Assembly (NCBI RefSeq): GCF_009914755.1
Contig: NC_060929.1
Reading direction: 5' to 3' (one strand)
Length of the DNA stretch: 64,000 nucleotides
From: the human T2T-CHM13v2.0 reference genome, Homo sapiens
Each line of letters opens with the position of its first letter. The stretch's first letter is position 1. The notes under the pieces are model-generated. The model saw nothing but the letters and a program-made list of their open reading frames with translations, made no database searches and was not told where the DNA came from. Positions 1-12,296 of this stretch are shown piece by piece. Made by a program: the position numbers and the translations under genes.

Positions 1-360
1 ACCTAGGATGAGGCCGCCTCCTTAGAGACTCAAGTGTGGCTTAAGATAAGAACGTCTCATTGTAATTATGTAATCATGAATTACAAAGGTTATTCCTACC
101 TATAAATAAAAGTTAATGCTATCCTCAAGTGGGGACATGCCACCCTTGCTGTAAACCCCTTTCTCCAGGCTTTCTGTTGCTCTCAGGACAAAGCTGAAGA
201 ACATTTAAGATGGCTTACAAGAACTGCTTTGATCTCCTTGGTGATCTAAAGCTCCCATAGCATCCTCTCCTATAAGAGTCAACACATAGCCACTGCTGTC
301 CATTTGTCAAGTGTCTGCCTTAAGCTCCATGAGGCTAGACCTAGGTCTATCTCTTGCTAG

Positions 361-525
361 CCTGGTGCTTCTCAAACTTCAACATACATGCAAATCACCT
401 GGATTTTGCTAGACCACAGATTCTGACCCTAGGTCTGGGGTAAGGTTGGAGAATCTGCATTTCTAATGAGCTCCTGGGTGATGGTGGTGACTGCTGGTCT
501 GCAGACCACATTTTGAGTAATAAGG
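361..525. mobile_element. MER5A-like hAT MITE
   Basis: gtgcttctcaaactt...aatcacctgg...gaatctgcatttctaa...gaccacattttgagta resembles the MER5A pattern. Confidence 0.7.
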
Positions 526-1088
526 TGCTAGCACACTACCTGGTGTCCAGTAGACCTACCACAAAATGACTAAATGGGATAGAAATGGGTTAAAACAGAA
601 TATGGGTCAAGGTGTCAATGACTGAACCAGCCTTAGCTTTAAGGCCACATTGGAACGTGCATTATCTTTAATTGTTTAATTAAGACCAAGTAACTTTCCT
701 CCTATGGCTGGCCCCTGGGGACTCTCATGGCACAGGGTGCTGGACTGGACCTAATAAGGTCTTAGGTGGCCATGGCATATTGGACTGATGTCCTTTTGCT
801 TTGATCCTCGATTGTGTACACATTATGGGCCAAGAGCTATGCTAGATCCTGGGAGAAATACAAAGATGAACCAGATTCCATTTCTGTCTCAGGGAGCCTA
901 AAATTCAGTCATGCACATGCTTAGATTGTGCCCTCAGACAGAAAAGCCAAGAGAAATGCATTCATTCATGCATGCATTCATTCAAGCCCAAGTATTTATT
1001 GAACGATTATGATGTACCAAGTATCGTATATACTGGTGAATAAGAGCCATAATTCCTGCTTTCAGGCAATTAAAAATCAAATATAGGT

Positions 1089-2119
1089 GGAGAGGGAGGC
1101 AGGGAGGGAGAGGGAGGCAGGGAGGGAGAGGGAGGCAGGGAGGCAGAGGGAGGCAGGGAGGCAGAGGGAGGCAGGGAGGAAGAGGGAGGCAGGGAGGGAG
1201 GGAGAGGGAGGGAGGGAGAGGGAGGGAGGAAGGGAGGGAGGGAGAGGGAGGCAGGGAGGGAGAGGGAGGCAGGGAGGGAGGGAGGGAGAGGGAGGCAGGG
1301 AGAGAGGGAGAGGGAGGCAGGGAGGGAGGGAGGGAGAGGGAGGCAGGGAGGGAGCGAGGGAGAGGGAGGCAAGGAGGGAGGGAGGGAGAGGGAGGGAGGG
1401 TGGGAGGGAGGGAGAGGGAGGCAAGGAGGGAGGGAGGGAGAGGGAGGGAGGGTGGGAGGGAGGGAGAGGGAGGGAGGGTGGGAGGGAGGGAGAGGGAGGG
1501 AGGGTGGGAGGGAGGGAGAGGGAGGGAGAGGGAGGGAGGGTGGGAGGGAGGGAGAGGGAGGGAGGGTGGGAGGGAGGGAGAGGGAGGGAGGGTGGGAGGG
1601 AGGGAGAGGGAGGGAGGGTGGGAGGGAGGGAGAGGGAGGGAGGGAGGGAGGGAGGGAGAGGGAGGGAGAGGGAGGGAGGGTGGGAGGGAGGGAGAGGGAG
1701 GGTGGGAGGGAGAGGGAGGCAGGGAGAGGGAGGCAGGGAGACAGGGAGGCAGGGAGGGAGGGAGAGGGAGGCAGGGAGACAGGGAGGCAGGGAGGCAGGG
1801 AGACAGGGAGGCAGGGAGGGAGGGAGAGGGAGGCAGGGAGGGAGGGAGGGAGAGGGAGGCAGGGAGGGAGGGAGGGAGAGGGAGGCAGGGAGGGAGGGAG
1901 GGGGAGGGAGGCAGGGAGAGGGAGGCAAGGAGGGAGGGAGGGAGAGGGAGGCAAGGAGGGAGGGAGGGAGAGGGAGGCAGGGAGGGAGGGAGAGGGAGGG
2001 AGAGGGAGGCAGGGAGAGAGGGAGGGAGAGGGAGGCAGGGAGGGAGAGGGACGCAGGGGGAGAGGTAGGGAGGGAGAGAGGGAGGGAGGGAGAGAGGGAG
2101 GGAGGGAGGCAGGGAGAGA
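1089..2119. repeat. ~1 kb polypurine VNTR (GGGA / GGGAGA / GGGAGGCA / GGGT variants)
   Basis: Direct reading; source of the spurious Pro/Ser/Leu and Gly/Arg/Glu ORFs at 982-2217. Confidence 0.97.
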
Positions 2120-2247
2120 GACAGTGCATACAGGAGAGCAAGCAGGCAGATGTATAAAGAAATATAAATTATGAATTGCAATCTGTGCTTTCTTGGGAAG
2201 GAGCAAGGAAACACCAAGGGGCTTACTGCAGAAAGATGCAGTTGAAG

Positions 2248-3106
<859 letters not shown>

Positions 3107-4193
3107 TCACGCTGAGGCCTTGGAGATTATTTTATTCAAAGCACAATGAGAGGCCATGACTGCAGACAAGGGCAGAGGCTGGTGTTGCAGAGCTTCCTCA
3201 GGCCTCTCATCTGTACTCACCCTCTGCCCTCCCTGCATGAAAGGCTGTGGGGTATTTGCATTCTGAGTGAATGCTTGCCCTACTCCCCAAACAGGGGCAG
3301 GGGCTCAGCCGGTGGTGGGAAGGAGCAGACACTGGGAGGGGGTATGTATCCAGCTTATTCCTTTGGGCAGGGAGGCTCTGCTCTGTGCAGGCTGAAGAAG
3401 GGGAGGACAAACTGTTGGGCCATAATTCACACACCTGCAGGAAGTGTTCTGTGGACAGTGTGGCTATGGGGAGCTTGGAGGCAGGAGCTGGAGGAATGAG
3501 CAGGACAGGCAGAGAAGCGCTGGTCCAGGGAGGATCTCTTCTCCAGGGAGATCCGAGGGAGTTGCTAGGAAGGGGTATGACCTGAGATTGACAGTGGCTT
3601 CCCACCTTCTATGCTGCTCATTCTATGCTGCCAGTACTGGGGCCCAAAGACTGGCTCAGTTTGCATGTAAATCTCCAGCTAAACTTCACCACCACCTCAA
3701 CTAATAATGGTACCCTAAGTCACTGAGGATGTGATTATAGAGACCACTGATCCTATGCCCTGCCGAGGAATTCATACAAAGATCACACTACCACAGGCAC
3801 TCAAAATCAAACCCAAAGTATCTTAATCAACAACATATATATATATATATATATATCCTCAGAGAAAATTCTCCCCTACAAAAGCAATTTCAAACAATTA
3901 GAACAAGTGACTGCTACACCAGATGTTCAGAAATCCAAGTAATGACACAGGAAACATGAAACAGCAGGGAAATATGATGCTACCAAAGGACCACAATTGT
4001 CCAGCAACAGATCCCAATCAAAAAGAATTCCTTGAAATGCCAGGTAAAGAATTGAAAATGTTATTCTTAAAGAAGCTCAATGAGATGCAAGAGAAATCTG
4101 AAAACCAACACAAATAAATTAAAAAATCAATGTAGGCTATAAATAAGAAATTTCCAAGGACACAGACATCTTAAAAAAAATAAAAAAGCCAAA

Positions 4194-4500
4194 GCCCAGG
4201 TGCAGTGGCTCAGGCCTGTAATTCTAGCAGTCTGGGAGGCCAGTGGGAGGACTGCTTGAGCCCAGGAATTTGAGACCAGCCTGCGCAACATAGTGAGACC
4301 CTGTATTTACAAAAAATAAAAAGTCAGCTGGGGAAGGTAGCATGTGCCTGTGGTCCCAGCTACTAGGGAGGCAGAGGTGGGAGGATTGCATGAGCCTGGA
4401 AGGTCAAGGCTGCAGTGAGCTGTGATCACACCACTGCACTTCAGCTTGAGTGACAGAGTTAGACTCTGTCTCAAAAAAAAACCAAAGAAACAAAAAAAAA
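4194..4500 (+). mobile_element. AluJ nested in the L1
   Basis: J-type diagnostics (gcttgagcccagga, gtcaaggctgcagtgagc); flanked by aaaaagccaa target-site duplication. Confidence 0.9.
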
Positions 4501-7500
4501 AGCCAACTGAGAAATTCTGAAACTAAAAAATTAATTGAAGGAAATACAAAATACATTAGAAAATTTCAATAATAGACTAGAACAAGCAGAAGAAAGAATC
4601 TCAGAACTTGAAGACAGGTCTTTTAAAATAATCCAGTCAGACAAAAATAAGGAAAAAAGAATAAAAAGAATGAACAAAGGCTTTGAGATATGTGAGAGTA
4701 CATAAAGTGACCAAACTTATGAATTGTTGATATTACCAAGGGGGAAAAGAGATCAAAAAGTTTAGAAAACATATTTGAGAAAGTAATTGATGAAAATTTC
4801 CCAAGTCTGTCAAGAGAGTTAGACATCCATTTACAGGAGGCCCAGAAATCTTCAGGCAAATACATTGCAAAAAGGATATCTCTATAGCATATTATATTCA
4901 GAATGTTTAATATAAAAGTGAAATAAAGGATTTTAAAATTAGCAAGAGAAAAGCATGGAGTCATATACAAAGGAAACCCCTCAGACTAACAGAAGACTTT
5001 TCACAGAAACCTTACAGGTTAGAAGAGAAATGTGATGGCATTTTCAAAGTGCTGAAAGAAAAAAAAAAACTGTCAGCCCAGAATTTTGTATTCTGCCAAA
5101 ATAAATTTTATAAATTAAGGATAAAGTCCTTCCCTGACAAGCAAATACTAAGGGAATTTGCCACCACTAGAGCAACCCTATAGGAAATGTTCAATGAGGT
5201 CTTAAATGTGAAAATGAAAGGTCGATATTCACTATCACAAAAAATCATGAAAATATAAAACTCACAGTTCATATAAAACAATTATACAAAGGAAGAAGAG
5301 AAAGGAATCAAATGGCAACACCACAGAATTTCACCAAACCACAAAGACAGAAAAAGAAAGAAACAAGGAATTTATAAAACAACTTGAAAACAATCAACAA
5401 TATGACAGGAACAAAGCCTCACATATCAATACTAACCCTGAATATAAATGGATTAAATGCTCCATCTTAAAGATACAGATTGTCAGAATGGATAAAGAAA
5501 CATGATCCAACTATATCCTGCCTACAAGAAACTTATCCTTCCCATAAAGACGCAAATAGACTGAAAGTAAAGGGGTTGAAAAAGATATTCCATACAAACA
5601 GAAACCAAAAGTGAGCAGGAGTAGCTACACTTATATCAGATAAAAAAGACATATCACATAAAACAGTAAAAAAAAAAGACAAAAAAGGTCACTAGATAAT
5701 GACAAAGGGAACAATTCAGCAAGAGGATGTAATAATCCTAAATACATACACAACCAACATTGGAGAACTCAAATAACACAAACAAATAATACTGGACCTA
5801 ATGAAAGAAACAGACGACAATACAATAATAGTAGGGTCTTGGTAACACCCTACTGACAGCACTAGACAGATCATTGAGACAGAAAATTAACAAAGAAACA
5901 CTGGACTTAAATTGGACTTTAGGCCAAATGGACTTAATAGACATTTACAGAAATTCTACCCAACAATGACAGAATATACATTGTTTTCACCAGCACATGG
6001 AACATTCTCCAAGATAGACCACAAGTTAGCCCACAAAACAAGTCTTAACACATTAAAAAACCTGAAATTATATCAAGTATTTTCTCAGATCACGGTAATT
6101 TAAGGCTAGAAATCAATACCAAGACAAACTTTTGAAACTATCCAAATACATGGAAATTAAACAGCGTGCTCTTGAACAACCACTGGGTCAACAAAGAAAT
6201 TAAAATTAAAATTAAAAAAAAATCCAAATGAATGAAAATGAAAAAACAACATACCCAAACCTATGGGATACAGCAAAAGCAGTGCTAAGAGGGAAGTTAA
6301 TAGCATTGAATACCTACCTCACAAAGGTAGAAAGATCACAAATTAACAACCTAACATCATACCCCAAGAAACTAGAAAAAGAAGAACAAAACAACCCCAA
6401 AGTTAGCAGAAGAAGAGAAATAACAAAGATCATGCTGAGACTAAGGATTCTAGTATGAACAACAAAACAGAAAAGAAATAACAAAAATCAGAGCAGAACT
6501 AAATGAAATGGGGACCAAAAGGATAATACAGAAGATTAACAAAAGAAAAAGTTGGTTCTTCAAAAAGATAAACAAAATTGATAAATCACTAGCTAAACTA
6601 ACCAAGAAAAGAAGAGGGAAGATCCAAATAAATACAATCAGAACTGAAAAAGGAGACATTACAAATGATATTTCAGAAATACAAAAGATCATCAGACTAT
6701 TATGAACAACTATACAATCACAAACTAGAAAATCTAGAGCAAATGGATAAATTCCCGGAAGCATGCAACCTCCTGAAATTGAACCAGGAATAAGTAGAAC
6801 TTCTGAACAGTAGACCCCTAATAAGTAGAGAGACTGAATCAGTAATACAAAATATCCCCCCCTAAACTGCCACCAAAAAGCCCAGGACCATAAATCCAAA
6901 GATGAATTCATAGCTGAATTCTAACAAGCACACAAAAAACTAGTATTAATCCTCCTGAAACTATTTTAAAAAACTGAGAAGGAAGTAATTCTCCCTTACT
7001 CATTCTATGAGGTCAGTATCACCCTAATACTAAAACCAGACAAGGACACAATGAAAAAAGAAAACTACAGGCTAACATCCTGAATGGACAATAGACATAA
7101 AAATTCTCAAAAAAAATACTAGCAAATTGAATCCAAGAGCACATCAAAAAGATAATAGACCATGATCAGGTTGTGATTTATTCCAGGAATGAAAGGATGC
7201 TTCAATATACGCAAATCAATAAATGTGCATCACATAAACAGAAATAAGGACAAAAACCATATGATCATCTTAACAGATGCAGAAAAAGCATTTGAGAAAA
7301 TTCAGCATCCCTTCATGATAAAATTTAGCAAACTAGGCATACAAGGAACATACCTCAAATAATAAAGGCTATATACAACAAACCCACAGCCAACATCATC
7401 CTTAATGGAGAAAAGTTGAAAGGATTCCCTCTAAGAATTGGAACAAGACAAGAATACCCACTTTGACCACTCTTATTCAGTGTAGTATTGGAAGTCCTCA

Positions 7501-9140
7501 CCAGAGCAATCAGCAAAGAGAAACAAAAGGCATCCAAATTGGAAAAGAGGAAGTCAAATATTTCTGCTGATGATATGATCTTATATCTAGAAAATAAACA
7601 CTAAATACTTGACCAAAAAACTGTTAGACTTAATAAATGAATTCAGTAAAGTTTCAGGCTACAAAATTAATGTTTAGAAATTAGTAGCATTCCTAAACAC
7701 CAATAACTATCTAGTCAAGGACCAAATCAAGAAGGCAATCCCACTTACAATAGCTAAGACAAGGACAAAAACAAAAACAAAAACAAAACCCTAGGAATAT
7801 ATTTCACCAAGGAGGTGAAAGATGTCTATCAGGAGAACTACAAAACACTGATGGAAGAAATTGTAGACAACACAAACAAATGGAAAAACATCCCATGCTC
7901 ATGGATTTGAAGAACTAACGTTGTTAAAATGACCATACTGCCCAAAGCAATCTACAGATTCATTGCAATCCCTACCAAATGACCAATGTCATTTGGTACA
8001 TTTTTCACAGAATTAGAAAAAAAATCCTAAAATTCATATTCATAATTCAAAGAGCCCAAATAGCCACAGCAATCCTGAGCAAAAAGAACAAAGCTGGAGG
8101 CATCATATTACCTGACTTCAAATTATATTACAAGGCCATAGTAACCAAAACAGCACAGTACTGGTATAAAAATAGACACATAAATCAATGGTACAGAACA
8201 GAGAACCCAAAAATAAAGCCACATTCCTACAACTAACTGATCTTCACCAAAGCCAAAAATATACACTGGGGAAATGACACCCTATTCAATAAATGGTGCT
8301 GGGAAAATTGGATAGCCATATGATGAAGAATGAAACTGGACTCATACTTTTCACCATATACAAAAATTAACTCACAATGAATTAAAGGCCCAAATGTAAA
8401 ACATGCAAATATAAAAATCCTAGAAGAAAACCTAGGAAAAACTCTTTTGGACATTGGCCTAGGCAAAGGATTTATGACTAAGTCCTCAAAAGCAAATGTA
8501 GTAAAAACAAAATTATAAAAATGGGACTTAAACTAAAAAGCTTCTGCACAGCAAAAGAAACAACAGTAAACAGACAACCTGCAGGATGGGAAAAATACTT
8601 TTAAACTATGCCTAAACAAAGGTTTGATATCCAGAAACTATAAGGAACTTGACAAGAAAAAAAAAACCATTAAAAAGCGGGCAAAGGATATGAATAAACA
8701 TTTCTCAAAAACAGACATACAATTGGTCAAACATATGAAAAATGCTCACCATCACTAATCATCAGAAAAATGCCAATCAGAACCACAGTGAGATACCATA
8801 TCATATCAGCAGAATGACCATTATTAAAAAGTCTAAAAACAACAGATTTTTGGTGAGAATGTGGAGAAAAAGGAATGCTCATATGCTACTGGTGGGAATG
8901 TAAATTGGTACAACCTTTACGGAAAACAGTATGGTGATTTCTCAAAGAACTAAAAATAGAACTACCATTTGATCCAGCAACACCACTACTGGGTAAACAC
9001 CCAAAGAGAAATAAATAATTACATCCAAAAGACACCTGCACTTGTATGTCTATCACAGCACTATTCACGATAGCAAAGATACGGAATCAACCTCAATGTC
9101 CATCAACAGAGGATTGGATAAAGAAAATGTGGTGTATATT

Positions 9141-9367
9141 CATGGACACAAGGAGGGGAACAACACACACCATGGCCTGTCAAGGGTTGGGATGCAAGGG
9201 AAGGGAGAGCATTAGGACAAATACCTAATGCATCTAGGGCTTAAAACCTAGATGATGGGTTGATAGGTGCAGCAAACCACCATGGCACATGTATACCTAC
9301 ATAACAAACCTGTACATTCACACATCTATCCTGGAACTTAAAATAAAAAAAAATTAAAAAAAAAAAA
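9141..9367 (+). mobile_element. 5'-truncated younger L1PA 3' end nested in the old L1
   Basis: catggacaca...gggttgataggtgcagcaaaccaccatggcac...poly(A), flanked by aagaaaatgtgg direct repeats. Confidence 0.88.
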
Positions 9368-9749
9368 GAAAATGTGGAATATCTATATACATTGAATACT
9401 ACTCAGCCATAAATAAGAATGAAATCCTGTCTTTTGCAGCAATGTGGATGGAACTGGAGGCCATTATCCTCAGTGAAATGACTCAGAAACAGAAAGTCAA
9501 ATACTATATGTTCTTGCTTATGAGTGGGAGCATGACAATGGGTACACATGGACATACCGAGTAGAATAATGGACACTGGAGACTACAAAAGGTAGGAGGG
9601 TGCTGAGGGCTGAAAAACTACCTATTGGGCACAATGTTCAGTATTTGGGTGATGGGTACACTAAAAGCCCAGACTTTACCACAACACAATATATGCATGT
9701 AAGAAACCTGTACTTGTACCTCCTAAATATATTGTTTAAAAAGTCAACT

Positions 9750-9865
9750 GACTGTAGATATTAATTGCATTTACAAAATACCTTCACAGCAACATCTAGA
9801 CCAAGTATGTGACCAAACAACCGAGCACCACAGCCTACCCAGTTGAGACAGGAAATTAACTGTTA
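9750..9865 (-). mobile_element. MLT2/ERVL-like LTR fragment
   Basis: aaaataccttcacagcaacatctagac...cagcctacccagttgagacaggaaattaac resembles an MLT2 terminus (by memory). Confidence 0.55.
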
Positions 9866-10127
9866 GAGCCCTGCCTCCTGTCTTTGGTTCATCTTTTATC
9901 AGACTTTCCCTTGACCTCTGGTTCCAACTCCACTGGCCTTAACCTTCCTAAAATGCCCCATCCCCTCTGGTGGGGGGCAGGTGTTTGTACACACTAGTGT
10001 CTCTCCTCCCTCCTTGCCAGGTTAACTCCTACAGATGCATGGATCTCAGCTCCAGCATTAGTTTTTCAATATCAGTTCCCACACCTACCAATGATATTAC
10101 AGGTGTTCCATGTGCTGGTGATATTAC

Positions 10128-10220
10128 AGAATGTTCCATGTGCTGGTGAAAAGAATGTATATTCTGTAGTTGTTGGGTAGAATCTCTGTAAATGTCTATT
10201 AAGTGCTTTTGGCCTAAAGT
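10128..10220 (-). mobile_element. Isolated inverted 93-bp L1 ORF2 fragment
   Basis: Reverse complement matches 5916-6008 with 6 mismatches by hand count. Confidence 0.9.
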
Positions 10221-10999
10221 TATATAAGACAGCCAAAGCATTGGCTGTCTTTTCATCACAGCATTTGACCCCCATGGTGACATCTTTCGTGTGATTCTGT
10301 GATTAATGTGGGCAGAATCATGTCTGCTTGGCTCACCACAGCATTCTCGCACTCTGCCTGGCAACAGCAGATGCTCAGGAAACGTCATCTGTGTGATGAA
10401 AACCCCTGAACTCCTCAGGGAGAGCTGCGTTTGGCATGATGGAGCCAAGCACAAGTTGCTTTCAGTGCAGAATGTCCCCGGCGACCTGGCAGCACAGCTC
10501 AGAAGACTCAGAATCAAAGCTTTCACATCAGAAATGCAGATGCAGTGGTGGGGAGAGCTCTCTTTGTAGCAGGCCCTTCATGAAAACTCTGAACTCCAAA
10601 GTTGTCTGTAGCCTACAGTCCAGGCTCCCAGAGGGACCCTTTCAGGAGACTGCCCTCTTGCCCCACCAGCCTTAGAACTGCCGGAGTGTTTCTGGCAGGT
10701 CACCCTTTGCATTTGGCCTGCATTTAAATGCTCTGTTTCAGCCCCAGTGCAAACACACAAGGACACATCTGCCTTGCATGAAACTCCACACAGATCTCTG
10801 TGAATGGGTGTTCCCCATTCCTGTTTGGAGCTTTGGGGTGCTGACTGATGCCCCACAAAGAACTCAAACCAGCTGATGTTAATGGAGAGGGAGGGAAGCC
10901 ACCTTCCCAGAGACTCTGCTCCAGGCCAGAATTTCCACTAGAGTCCTGGAGTGATGTGGGGGCAGCTCAGGGGTCAGGCAGCTGAGGCTCACATCCTGG

Positions 11000-11175
11000 C
11001 TCTACTATCTAAGAGCTGTGTGACCCTGGGTGAAGTACTTAACCTCTTTGAGCTTACATTTAGTCACCTGTAAAACAAAGCTTATAATGATCACCACCTT
11101 GATGTGATTCTGAGGATTAAATTTGAGTCTCTGTGAACAGTTCTCAGAGCAGTACCCGGCACACTGGTGGCCAAC
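11000..11175. mobile_element. MIR SINE remnant (one of many; similar cores near 12390-12600, 17340-17550, 27070-27280, 49500-49720, 57440-57670)
   Basis: agctgtgtgaccctgggtgaagtacttaacctctttgagc MIR core. Confidence 0.7.
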
Positions 11176-11214
11176 ACATTTTAAATATACATACACATAC
11201 ATATAGACAGATAG

Positions 11215-11215
<1 letters not shown>

Positions 11216-11262
<47 letters not shown>
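11216..11262. repeat. (CA)n microsatellite
   Basis: Direct reading, ~23 units. Confidence 0.97.
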
Positions 11263-11264
<2 letters not shown>

Positions 11265-12189
11265 CTCCATCCAATAATACACATAGCTTATTGAAAGATA
11301 ATGTTCCTCTTGCTGTTCATTCTCTTCTTCTTCCTCCAGGGTAGTATTTCTAAAATGAGAATTGGATCATGCCACTTAAAATTCTTCCTGGATTCCTGCA
11401 TTTCTCTTGGAGTCAGCTCTCCCTATACCTACAAGAACTTACATATCCCTTCTCAAGCTTTCAGCACACATCACCCTCTTTGTCATCCTATTTGCTCCAT
11501 CTCACAGCCTTCTTGGTTTCTTGAATTTAAGATCTTTCCACCTTGAGGTCTTCATAAAACATGTTCTTTCTACTCTGTTTCCCTCCTTTACTTTCCTGGG
11601 AAATCCCCCTCTACTCCTGGTGTGAAATGCCTGATCTGGTCGGTTTTCTTACTGTCTTTCTCCCCTACTCTCAGTTTCTGAGAAAAGGGATCTTATCTGT
11701 CATGGTAGCCACTGTACCTTCAGCTGCTACCACAGTGTGTGGCACAATGAACTCAATGAATGGAAGGGAGCCTTCTCAGCTCTCGGCCTGTGCTCAGGCC
11801 ACCCACAGCCCCTCCCATAGATGGCTGTCACTGTCCAATAGTGTGGAGAAGTGTCCTCTACTGGTGCCATCTGCTGAGGTCTTCTCTGGGCCAGAGCCTG
11901 TGCCAGGACTCATAAGTGCTGCTGTGCCCAGAGCTGGTCCACTCTCCAAAGATGTGATCAACCCCTCCAGCTGGCTGGAGGCACATTTCAGTCTCTCTCC
12001 CTGGGCCAGAGAATGTCAAGGATGTAGTCAGTGCTGGGCAGTTGTTCTATTAAGTGCTCTGGGGAGCATGGGGGATATGAAAAGCAGCAGGCTCTTCTCG
12101 GGCAGCAGCTTGCCTTGCTAGAGAAGGCCCAGCTGTCAGGATGGACATAGCCAGAACCACTGACAGGTACCTATAGCCTCATGGCAGGC

Positions 12190-12296
12190 TGCCTGGGCTT
12201 GCCTCCTCCCTGCTGCAATGCAGAGTGCCTGGGCTTGCCTCCTCCCTGCTGCAATGCAGAGTGCCTGGGCTTGCCTCCTCCCTGCTGCAATGCAGA
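12190..12296. repeat. 36-bp minisatellite, 3 copies (tgcctgggcttgcctcctccctgctgcaatgcagag)
   Basis: Copies at 12190, 12226 and 12262 are identical except the last base of the third. Confidence 0.95.

Larger units (their letters stand above)
3590..9742 (+). mobile_element. Near full-length decayed LINE-1 (L1MA/L1PB-age), antisense to SLIT3
   Basis: ORF1 remnants (~3920-5200), ORF2 endonuclease/RT remnants ([37 protein letters not shown]) broken by stops and frameshifts, old-type 3' end gggtacactaaaagcccagact; 5' boundary approximate. Confidence 0.92.

Noticed and set aside
982-2217. Six long overlapping ORFs (222-411 aa)
   Set aside because: Artefact of a stop-free GGGA-type VNTR; low complexity in all frames and no splice signals.
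3923-9228. Active L1 ORF1/ORF2
   Set aside because: Only short fragments remain, with many stops and frameshifts and nested insertions.
12190-12296. CRISPR-like array (36-bp repeats)
   Set aside because: The repeats are contiguous with no spacers, in eukaryotic intron context with no cas genes.
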